34,053 nt of DNA from an uncultured Anaerolineaceae bacterium (GTDB lineage Bacteria; Chloroflexota; Anaerolineae; Anaerolineales; UBA11579): the NCBI GenBank assembly GCA_964514335.1, contig CAZEQN010000002.1, positions 1-34,053 on the forward strand, written 5' to 3'. Both the position numbers and the translations under genes were made by a program. This document shows positions 20,008 through 30,876 of the stretch, in pieces; the first letter of the stretch is position 1; each line of letters starts with the position of its first letter. A model generated the notes under the pieces. That model was not told the origin of the DNA. It saw nothing but the letters and a program-made list of their open reading frames with translations, and ran no database searches.

Positions 20008-20799
20008 TTAGGTCACTGTTTGCCGCGTGTTACGGGGGTCAAATTGGTGGTAAATCTCGCGGAAAGCGCCGTCTTTAACATACCCGTTGGCCGCCAACCA
20101 CTTGAACATCGATTCATACGCCTGCATGAAGTCTGCAAAGTCGCCTTCATGGACAACACATGCCATTTCCTGGGCAGGCAGGTCCTCCATCTCAAAACCA
20201 TTCAGCGCGCCAGGGTCGCCCTGAATGGGCATAGCCGCATCCACCACTTCATCCGTCTGCGCATCCAGAGCGGTGTGCCAGCGTGCGATCGCCGGCCCGG
20301 CAATCGGGATGCCATTCTTCTTCACAGTACTGTACACGTGGTCAAAGGCGGGAGTCAGGTATTGGGGTACAAGGTCATTCGAAGGGATATGTACCCGCTT
20401 ATATAGAATCCGAACCGCGTCGACCGTCTTGATTACCACTTCATGTTTTGGCACTTCGTTCTCCTTTTCAATCATCGTCAGTCGTGCCTCCACCGCTTCC
20501 AGTTGCTTCTGGACTTGCGCTAACTGAACTTCCAGTTCGATGCGACGCGTCTTCAACATCGCGCGCAGCTCCTCGGCTGTCAGAGGCTGTCTGATAATCT
20601 CCGCAATCTGGTCAAGCGACAGGCCCAGATGCTTTAATGCCAGGATACGGTTAATGTGCGGCAATTGCTCAATCCGGTAATAACGATATTGATTGGCCGG
20701 GTCAATATACGCCGGTTTGAGTAGGCCCAGGTCATCGTAGTGCCGTAGCGTCTGAATCGATACTTGGGCCAGATGCGCAAAGTCTCCTATCCGGATCAT
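20008..20799 (-). CDS. MerR-family transcriptional regulator with a C-terminal GyrI-like (BmrR/AraC effector-binding type) ligand domain
   Basis: I start at ATG 20799 (MIRIGDFAHLAQVSIQTLRHYDDLGLLKPAYIDPANQYRYYRIEQL, the MerR wHTH), with GGAAGG upstream. A coiled-coil linker (LEVQLAQVQKQLEAVEARL) follows, then about 150 aa resembling GyrI-like domains (..IPIAGPAIARWH..VHEGDFADFMQAYESMFKWLAANGY..REIYH). The ORF-track start at 20847 would overlap the -10 element. Confidence 0.85.
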   Translation of the reverse strand: MIRIGDFAHLAQVSIQTLRHYDDLGLLKPAYIDPANQYRYYRIEQLPHINRILALKHLGLSLDQIAEIIRQPLTAEELRAMLKTRRIELEVQLAQVQKQLEAVEARLTMIEKENEVPKHEVVIKTVDAVRILYKRVHIPSNDLVPQYLTPAFDHVYSTVKKNGIPIAGPAIARWHTALDAQTDEVVDAAMPIQGDPGALNGFEMEDLPAQEMACVVHEGDFADFMQAYESMFKWLAANGYVKDGAFREIYHQFDPRNTRQTVT

Positions 20800-20838
20800 C
20801 GTGCCTTCCTTGCCTGGGTGGAGGATATCATCTGCTGG

Positions 20839-20869
20839 AGTGTACACTCTCTTCTAACAGGAGAGTCAA
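20839..20869 (-). promoter_or_regulatory. MerR-type promoter (19-bp spacer) with a dyad operator, driving the merR-family gene
   Basis: The minus strand reads TTGACT (20869-20864), a 19-nt spacer, then TACACT (20844-20839). The spacer carries the dyad ACTCTCCT-N5-AAGAGAGT (20866-20846), 8-bp arms with one mismatch. Confidence 0.65.
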
Positions 20870-20890
20870 GGGCATTTTTTATGACGCGGA

Positions 20891-20899
20891 TGCTATAAT
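20891..20899 (+). promoter_or_regulatory. Extended -10 element (TGCTATAAT) immediately upstream of the HAD gene
   Basis: TGC plus TATAAT (20894-20899) ends 7 nt before the ATG at 20907. There is no good -35 and no SD (the intervening sequence is TTCTCCT). Confidence 0.5.
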
Positions 20900-20906
20900 T
20901 TCTCCT

Positions 20907-21581
20907 ATGGCATCCATCCGGGCGTTAATCTTTGACCTCGACGGACTGATAGTGGACACTGAAACGCCCGACTACGAAGCGTGGCAGCAGGTCTACCATG
21001 AACACGGCGCCGACCTGCCGCTGGAAAAGTGGGCCAGCATTGTGGGCGGTACTGGCGCGTCTGATTTTGACCCCTGCGATTATCTCGAACAACAGGCCAA
21101 CCGCCCGATTGACCGCGAAGCCATCTGGATTCAACGCCGCAAATACTATGTGGAGCGCATCGGCGAGCAGGACTGCCTGCCCGGCGTGTGTGAACTGCTC
21201 GCTGCCGCCCGCGCCCGCGGCCTGAAACTTGCCGTGGCATCCTCCTCCCCTGAAAACTGGGTCTCCGGCCACCTCGCCCGCCTCGGCATCCTGGACTGGT
21301 TCGCCTGCGTCCGCACCGCCGATGATGTCGAAAAAACCAAACCCGACCCGGCCCTGTATCTGGCCGCTCTCGCCTGCCTTGAAATCACCCCCCATGAAGC
21401 CATCGTCTTTGAAGATTCCCCCAATGGCGTGCGGGCGGCCAACCGCGCCGGCATCTTTGCCGTGGCTGTACCCAACCCCATCACCCGCCAGTTAGACCTC
21501 GCCCATGCCAACCTGAAGCTGGATACCCTCGCTGGTCTGGACCTCGAAGCCCTCCTGCAACAGGCCGCCAAATCGGCCTGA
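20907..21581 (+). CDS. HAD-superfamily hydrolase, subfamily IA (beta-phosphoglucomutase/phosphatase-like)
   Basis: Motif I is FDLDGLIVDTE, motif II is VASSS, motif III is the K in KTKPDP, and motif IV is FEDSPNG. Length is 224 aa. Confidence 0.85.
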   Translation: MASIRALIFDLDGLIVDTETPDYEAWQQVYHEHGADLPLEKWASIVGGTGASDFDPCDYLEQQANRPIDREAIWIQRRKYYVERIGEQDCLPGVCELLAAARARGLKLAVASSSPENWVSGHLARLGILDWFACVRTADDVEKTKPDPALYLAALACLEITPHEAIVFEDSPNGVRAANRAGIFAVAVPNPITRQLDLAHANLKLDTLAGLDLEALLQQAAKSA

Positions 21582-21607
21582 TTTTCATCCCCACCATCGG
21601 AGACTTT

Positions 21608-23605
21608 ATGCCCACCAACCGCCGCATCACCGCCGAAGACATCTACAACTTTGAACTCATCACCGGGCTGGATATGCACCCCGCCGGTGACCGCGTGGTA
21701 TATGCCCTGCAAACCGTCGAGCGCGCCACTGAGAAAAAGTACACCCGCCTGTGGCTCGCCCCCACCGGCCGCGGCGCCCCGCGCCAATTGACTTTTGGCA
21801 AGCACAACAGCCTCAACCCGCGCTTTTCGCCGGATGGCCAGACCCTCGCCTTCCTTTCTGACCGCGGCGATGGCATGCAAATCTATCTCCTGCCTATGGA
21901 AGGCGGCGAAGCCCGCCCGCTCACGAACCTTAAGGGCGATATTGGCTCCTTCCACTGGTTCCCGGATGGTGGCAGCCTGCTGGTTGAGTTCACCAAGCAG
22001 GACAAAGAAGAGGCCGAGCGCGAAGCCAGCGAACAGAAGAAAAAGCTGGGCGTGGTCGCCCGCCACTACCAGCGCATGTTCTACAAACTGGATGGCGCCG
22101 GTTTCCTTGGCCATGAGCAGCAGCACCTCTGGCGCGTCAATGCCCGCACCGGCAAGGCGGCCCAGCTCACCGAACATGACCTCTATGGCGAAGGCCAGTC
22201 CGCCCTCTCCCCGGACGGCAAGATCATCGCCTTTATCTCCAACCGCAAGCCCAACCCGGATATGGAACTGGAAGGCGGCGAACTCTACACCCTGCCCGCC
22301 AGCGGCGGCAAGATGAAGGAAATTCCCACCTTCAAGGGCAGCAAGCAACTACCCTCCTTCTCGCCGGATGGCAAATGGATTGCCTTCATCGGCACCCAGG
22401 GCTTCTGGGATAACGACTACCTCTGGATTGTCCCCGCCGATGGCAAGGGCAAAGCCCGCAACCTGACCGCCAAACTGGACCTGGATGCCAACGTCCTCGG
22501 CGCGCACGACGTCGCCCCGGCCGCCACCATGCGCCCCACCTGGAGCGCTGACGGCCAGCGCATTTACTTCCAGGCCAGCGAGCACGGCCGCACCGACCTC
22601 TACGCCTGGAACCTCGCCACCGACCGCCTTGAAACCATCATTCAGGAACACGGCGAAGTCGGCGCTTACCGCTTTGACCGCACTCAAACCCGCCTCGCTT
22701 ACTTCTTTGGGAGCGTGGATGACCTCAACCAGATTCACCTGCGTGAGATGGACAGCGGCAAGACCAAAGCCCTCACCAAAACCAACGCCTGGCTCAAACG
22801 CGTCGACCTCGGCCAACTGGAAGAAGTGTGGTTCAAGGGTGGCCACAAAAAAGACCTCCAGGGTTGGATCCTCAAACCGCCCGGCTTCCGCGCTGGCAAA
22901 AAATACCCCGCCATCATCGAAATTCACGGCGGCCCGCAGGCGCAGTACGGCTGGCGCTTCATGCATGAGTTCTACTACCTCGCCGCCCAGGGTTACATCA
23001 TTGCCTACAGCAACCCGCGCGGCGGGCGCGGCTACGGCCGCGAACACATTGCCGCCATCCGCCACCAGTTTGGCACCGTGGACTACGACGATGTGATGAA
23101 ATTCAGCGACTATGTCGAAAAGCAACCCTATGTGGATGCCAGCCGCATGGGCGTTACCGGCGGCTCCTACGGCGGCTTCATGACCGCCTGGATTATCGGC
23201 AAGACCAACCGCTTCAAGTCCGCCGTCGTCCAGCGCGCCGTCACCAACTGGGTCAGCTTCGTGGGCAACAGTGACTTCAACTGGTTCTTTGAAGAGTGGA
23301 TGGGCGACGGCCCGCCCTACCAGAGCGAAGAACTGCTCAAACAGTACTGGCGGCAGTCGCCCGTCAGCCTGATGGGCAAGCACGTCAAAACCCCCACCCT
23401 CGTCATCCACAGTCTGATGGACCAGCGCGTCGAGCATGAACAGGGCGAGCAGCTTTACATCGCCCTCAAGCGCATGGGCGTGGACAGCGAACTGGTGCTT
23501 TTCCCTGATTCACCCCACGGCCTCTCGCGCACCGGCCGCACCGACCGCCGCATCGCCCGCCTCAACCACATCCTGCGCTGGATGGATAAGTACCTTAAGA
23601 AATAG
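21608..23605 (+). CDS. S9-family serine peptidase (prolyl oligopeptidase / acylaminoacyl-peptidase type) with an N-terminal beta-propeller
   Basis: Repeated FSPDG/LSPDG propeller signatures are present. The C-terminal alpha/beta-hydrolase domain has the nucleophile elbow GGSYGG, then Asp (HSLMDQRV) and His (PDSPHGL). The RBS is GGAGA and length is 665 aa. Confidence 0.88.
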   Translation: MPTNRRITAEDIYNFELITGLDMHPAGDRVVYALQTVERATEKKYTRLWLAPTGRGAPRQLTFGKHNSLNPRFSPDGQTLAFLSDRGDGMQIYLLPMEGGEARPLTNLKGDIGSFHWFPDGGSLLVEFTKQDKEEAEREASEQKKKLGVVARHYQRMFYKLDGAGFLGHEQQHLWRVNARTGKAAQLTEHDLYGEGQSALSPDGKIIAFISNRKPNPDMELEGGELYTLPASGGKMKEIPTFKGSKQLPSFSPDGKWIAFIGTQGFWDNDYLWIVPADGKGKARNLTAKLDLDANVLGAHDVAPAATMRPTWSADGQRIYFQASEHGRTDLYAWNLATDRLETIIQEHGEVGAYRFDRTQTRLAYFFGSVDDLNQIHLREMDSGKTKALTKTNAWLKRVDLGQLEEVWFKGGHKKDLQGWILKPPGFRAGKKYPAIIEIHGGPQAQYGWRFMHEFYYLAAQGYIIAYSNPRGGRGYGREHIAAIRHQFGTVDYDDVMKFSDYVEKQPYVDASRMGVTGGSYGGFMTAWIIGKTNRFKSAVVQRAVTNWVSFVGNSDFNWFFEEWMGDGPPYQSEELLKQYWRQSPVSLMGKHVKTPTLVIHSLMDQRVEHEQGEQLYIALKRMGVDSELVLFPDSPHGLSRTGRTDRRIARLNHILRWMDKYLKK

Positions 23606-23627
23606 TCACACCCTAATTCAGCCAAAC

Positions 23628-23660
23628 AAGAAAGCCGCCCATCGGGCGGCTTTCTCTTTA
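23628..23660. terminator. Bidirectional terminator between the convergent S9 peptidase and HExxH-protein genes
   Basis: AGAAAGCCGCCC (23629-23640) pairs with GGGCGGCTTTCT (23644-23655) across a 3-nt loop. The stem is flanked by an A-rich stretch 5' and CTCTTTAATC 3'. Confidence 0.75.
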
Positions 23661-23685
23661 ATCTATTTGCAGGCAGCTCCCCGTC

Positions 23686-25854
23686 TTAGTCCGAGGGCGG
23701 CTCGAAGGGGATAGGCTCCGTGCCAATTCGGTAGTAGATCAGTTGCGGCACCAGCGCTTCCGGGGGGGTGCTGGTAATCAGTTCGTTGCCGTTGCAGGAA
23801 TAAGTGGATTCCATTGTGCCGAAACCGGTTGAGAGGCCTAACTCACCGGGGAATTCCTCAATGACATATTCATTCATGAACTCACCCGCGGTGATGGTTG
23901 CCACGCCAGCGAAGTGTGGCACTTCATCGGTGGTGACCAGCACACCGGGCGAAGCGATGCCCCACCGTCCGGTAGTATAGCCGACCAGCGCGTATTCAAA
24001 ATCAATCGGCTCCAACTCGTTCGTGTACTGGCGCACTCTTGTAGATAGGTCGATGGGTTGGAAGACGAAGGTGCCGTCGGGAAAGATGTCCAGCGAGTAG
24101 GCGCCAATCAGCCAGATGAGTTCTGCATTGGCTGTAGAAGCCATGAACGAGGCAAATGTTGGTTGGAGTACATCCACGCTCATTTCCCAATGCCCGATTA
24201 GACACTCGTCACAGTCAAGCGTTTCTTCTTCGTCCGTTTCTAAATCCAGCGTGTGCGGGTCAGAGACCGCGCTGGGGTCGGTGGATACCAGCACCAGCCG
24301 GAAGGTGGACTCGCCGCAGGCTGTGGAGTGTGAATCCGGCAGGTTGCCCCATTCATCCCCTGCCACACTGGGGCGCACGGCGTGGTTGCCGGATGCTCCG
24401 GACACGTTTTCGGTGATGTTGTAGAGATACCCTTCGTCAAAGCGCAGGCGGTAGCGGGTCACTACGAAGGGGTGCGTTTCCATCTCGCGCCCTCCCGGGT
24501 AAGTGATAACCGTACCTGGCGCGGGGTCCAGCGGCAGGTAGCCGCCGCCAGTGTCGCGAATCTGGTTGTCCAGATAGGCCTTGCTGAAGGCGAAGAACAG
24601 TTCATCCATCCCGCCCCAACTGGAGAGCGCCACCAGTTGCTCCGCCTTGCTCGCTTCTACGCCAGCGCTGCCGCGGCTGTTGGAAAGCGAGTCAGAAATG
24701 TGCAGCACATCGTACAGGCTGGAGGATTCGCCCACATACATCCAGAACACCACGCTGGCATAAGCCAGGTTGGAGTGCACCAGCGGAAAGCGCGGCGAGA
24801 AAAGGTCAAAGTCAAAAACGTATTCCCATTCCTGATTGGCGCTTGGGTACACCACATTGCTGAAATAAGTCGCCGAACCTTCCACCCACCAGTCAGTTAC
24901 ATCGTAGTTCGTCGGGCCATAGCGCAGGTCCTGTACGCAGTGATAGAACTCGTGCGCCACCGCCTGCTTGAACTGGGCTTCCCCCAAAGATTCCACGCCC
25001 ACCGGATACACAATAATCGGGCAGGGTTCGCCAGCGATTCGCCCTGCTGAACGGCCGGGAACCATCGCATAAGTGCCGTCTTCGCCCGGGTGGTCCAGCA
25101 AGGTAAAAATCAAATTCGCGTGGCCAATCTCCAGCCCCAGCCCCTGGTAAGTATTGGCCGCATCCACAATTGCTTCCAGCGCCAGTTGAACCGCCCTTTG
25201 CACAAGCTCATCGCTGCTATCTTCTCTTGCATAGTAGGCGCGGGCACGCAACCCACCGCCATATGTAACCGAATCGCGATATTCGAGGCAGATGGGCGGG
25301 CTGGGGTCATCCGGAAAACCTTCGGCCCACAGGGTGGAGCACTCCACCTGGCGAGCTGCCCCCGCAACCGGCGCGGCCGTTTTGCCCGCACTGGCTTCGG
25401 CCGGCTGGGCGTATCGTTGCAGACTTTCCTCCGAGGGCGCCAGAATTTGCAGCAATCGCAGGATTTCAGTACGCTGCTCCTCCGGCAGGTCGCCATCCAG
25501 CAGCAGCGCCAGTTGTGAGGAAAACCCGAACATGGAATGGTAGTTTACGCCTGCATCCGCCTGCACCCCGGCCGGCAGGTCGCCTTGCCCGGCCATATGG
25601 TTAAGCAGCGCGATTGCGCCCTCCACGCGGTCGCCACCGCCTTCCACATATCGCGCCAGGTATTGCGAAAGGCTGATAGGAGCCAGATCGACTTCTGCTT
25701 CCGGCGTGGCCTCCACGTCCGGCGCCGGCGTTTCCCCGCCTGAGTCCGGCCCGGGTTCAGCGGGCGCAACTCCGCCCACCCCGCAGGCCAGCGAGAGGAT
25801 GAGAAAGACAGAAATAAATGGCAATAGACGAATCGAGGCGCGACGCGACGGCAT
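23686..25854 (-). CDS. Exported (possibly lipid-anchored) hypothetical protein with a gluzincin-type HExxH...E zinc-metallopeptidase motif; family not recognised
   Basis: I start at ATG 25854 (MPSRRASIRLLPFISVFLILSLAC-GVGG, a signal peptide ending in Cys24), with AAGGA upstream. A Pro/Glu/Ala-rich linker follows. The motif is AHEFYHCVQDLRYGPTNYDVTDWWVEGSATYF (His301/His305, Glu325; nt 24954-24880). The C-terminal roughly 250 aa have no motif I recognise. Confidence 0.7.
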   Translation of the reverse strand: MPSRRASIRLLPFISVFLILSLACGVGGVAPAEPGPDSGGETPAPDVEATPEAEVDLAPISLSQYLARYVEGGGDRVEGAIALLNHMAGQGDLPAGVQADAGVNYHSMFGFSSQLALLLDGDLPEEQRTEILRLLQILAPSEESLQRYAQPAEASAGKTAAPVAGAARQVECSTLWAEGFPDDPSPPICLEYRDSVTYGGGLRARAYYAREDSSDELVQRAVQLALEAIVDAANTYQGLGLEIGHANLIFTLLDHPGEDGTYAMVPGRSAGRIAGEPCPIIVYPVGVESLGEAQFKQAVAHEFYHCVQDLRYGPTNYDVTDWWVEGSATYFSNVVYPSANQEWEYVFDFDLFSPRFPLVHSNLAYASVVFWMYVGESSSLYDVLHISDSLSNSRGSAGVEASKAEQLVALSSWGGMDELFFAFSKAYLDNQIRDTGGGYLPLDPAPGTVITYPGGREMETHPFVVTRYRLRFDEGYLYNITENVSGASGNHAVRPSVAGDEWGNLPDSHSTACGESTFRLVLVSTDPSAVSDPHTLDLETDEEETLDCDECLIGHWEMSVDVLQPTFASFMASTANAELIWLIGAYSLDIFPDGTFVFQPIDLSTRVRQYTNELEPIDFEYALVGYTTGRWGIASPGVLVTTDEVPHFAGVATITAGEFMNEYVIEEFPGELGLSTGFGTMESTYSCNGNELITSTPPEALVPQLIYYRIGTEPIPFEPPSD

Positions 25855-25928
25855 GGCAGAATCCTTTGGCTGGAGTGGGTGGGGGGCTGAGGGCCGGAGA
25901 GGAAGATGTGCGTCCGGGGGCTGAAAAA

Positions 25929-25957
25929 ATTGTAGCACTTTCCAGTGCGCAAGTCAT
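25929..25957 (-). promoter_or_regulatory. Candidate promoter of the HExxH-protein gene
   Basis: The minus strand reads ATGACT (25957-25952), a 17-nt spacer, then TGC-TACAAT (-10 at 25934-25929, extended -10). It lies about 70 nt upstream of the ATG at 25854. Confidence 0.4.
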
Positions 25958-26002
25958 TAGGACTTTTATCCCGCCGCAATTGCAGCCCCAATCTTAAACG
26001 GC

Positions 26003-26033
26003 CCGCCCCCAGAGAGTCTCTCCCTGGGGGCGG
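26003..26033 (-). terminator. GC-rich hairpin downstream of rnpB, a candidate terminator/insulator before the next minus-strand promoter
   Basis: CCGCCCCCAG(G)GAGAGA / TCTCTCTGGGGGCGG is an imperfect inverted repeat. On the minus strand it is followed only by a weak U-tract (GCCGUUUAAGAUU). Confidence 0.4.
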
Positions 26034-26073
26034 ATGATTCTCCCGCTGGCAAATGCCAACGGAAACATGCAGG

Positions 26074-26530
26074 TCCCTTGGCTGGCCTGTAAGCCGCATT
26101 CTGTCCGGTGGGGCGTACTCGAGTTTACGCCCGAAGGCTTCATCCTCGCCCGCACCCACCTGGGTGACCATCTATCTGGGGCGGCAGTCGCCTGCCGCCT
26201 CGTGCAGCCTACCCGGAACTCAAACGCCGCGGGCCGCGGCTCGTTCCTGCTTGGCCTTGCTCCGGATGGGGGTTGCCTGGCCGCCGCCATTACGGGCGGC
26301 GCGGTGGGCTCTTACCTGTAGAGCTTGCGGAGCAATCTCTAAGCGAAGCGTTGCCGCCTCGCCCACCATTTCACCCTTACCGGCCGAAGCCGGCGGTATG
26401 TTTCTGTGGCCCATCCGGCGGGTTATCCCCGCCCCGGGTGTTACCCGGCATCCTGCCCTGTGGAGTGCGGACTTTCCTCGAAGGAGCGCAAGCGCTCCCC
26501 CGCGGTCACCCGGCCAGCCTGAAGGGAATC
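26074..26530 (-). ncRNA. rnpB: RNase P RNA, bacterial type A
   Basis: The minus strand reads ...UCCCUUCAGGCUGGCC(P1)GGGUGACC(P2)..GGAGCGCUUGCGCUCC(P3)..GAGGAAAGUCCGCACUCCACAGGGCAGGAUGCCGGGUAACACCCGG...ACAGAAACAUACCGCC...GGUAAGGGUGAAA...CCGGAGCAAGGCCAAG...GGGUAGGCUGC...AGAUAGAUGGUCACCC(P2')...ACAGAAUGCGGCUUAC(P4')AGGCCAGCCAAGGGA(P1'). The P4 strands covary (GUCCGCA / UGCGGCU) relative to E. coli GUCCGGG / CCCGGCU. End positions are good to about 5 nt. Confidence 0.93.
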
Positions 26531-26532
26531 CT

Positions 26533-26561
26533 ATGATACTCGCGATATTGCCTCTTGACAA
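26533..26561 (-). promoter_or_regulatory. Candidate rnpB promoter
   Basis: The minus strand reads TTGTCA (26561-26556), a 17-nt spacer, then TATCAT (26538-26533). The -10 ends a few nt before the predicted 5' end of the P1 helix. Confidence 0.55.
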
Positions 26562-26584
26562 CTCCCCCGTGTTTTCCATATAAT
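26555..26584 (+). promoter_or_regulatory. Consensus sigma70-type promoter upstream of rpoB
   Basis: TTGACA (26555-26560), an 18-nt spacer, then TATAAT (26579-26584). It lies about 95 nt upstream of the rpoB ATG. Confidence 0.65.
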
Positions 26585-26680
26585 AGACCCTTGGCTTCCC
26601 CGGTGGAGCCGCTATTACTGTTTAATCCATTTTAGGGATTGCATCCACCTTTCCTCTTCGCATCAGGGAGACGCGCACAT

Positions 26681-30613
<3,933 letters not shown>

Positions 30614-30621
30614 AAACACGC

Positions 30622-30660
30622 CGGCGGGCAACCGGCAACTCCCGGTTGCCCGCCGCGATT
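30622..30660 (+). terminator. Strong GC hairpin after rpoB (terminator or attenuator)
   Basis: CGGCGGGCAACCGG (30622-30635) pairs with CCGGTTGCCCGCCG (30642-30655) across a 6-nt loop. It is followed by CGATTTGCTC, which has only a short T-run. Confidence 0.5.
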
Positions 30661-30686
30661 TGCTCTGCCATCACCTATGCGAATCC

Positions 30687-30715
30687 TTGACTCTGTACTG
30701 TGATAGTGATAAAAT
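30687..30715 (+). promoter_or_regulatory. Sigma70-type promoter of the str operon (rpsL-rpsG-fusA-tuf)
   Basis: TTGACT (30687-30692), a 17-nt spacer, then TGA-TAAAAT (-10 at 30710-30715 with an extended -10 TG). Confidence 0.6.
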
Positions 30716-30876
30716 CCGCATTCGTGACTGCGTGAAAGAACACAACCACGGGCTGGAAAGCCCACAGAAATAGACCGTCTGAATATGTCGCTCGCAGCCA
30801 GGCCATCAGCACCGACACGATGGCCTCGCTGTTTGGATAGAACCAGCGCAACCTGTAGGATTTTTTGGAGGAACGT

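Noticed and set aside
20008-25938. The idea that MerR regulator, HAD phosphatase, S9 peptidase and HExxH protein form one functional 'system' or island.
   Set aside because: The genes sit in three separate transcription units: divergent at 20.85 kb and convergent with a terminator at 23.64 kb. Their GC content differs sharply: low for merR and the HExxH gene, very high for HAD and the peptidase. No mobility genes, repeats or att-like sites flank the region. A shared proteolysis theme alone is not evidence of a system.
26053-26583. ORFs of 176 aa (+), 119 aa (-), 95 aa and 87 aa between the HExxH gene and rpoB.
   Set aside because: The region is occupied by RNase P RNA, with clear P1-P4 pairing and universal motifs. 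The ORFs have no RBS or protein-like composition.
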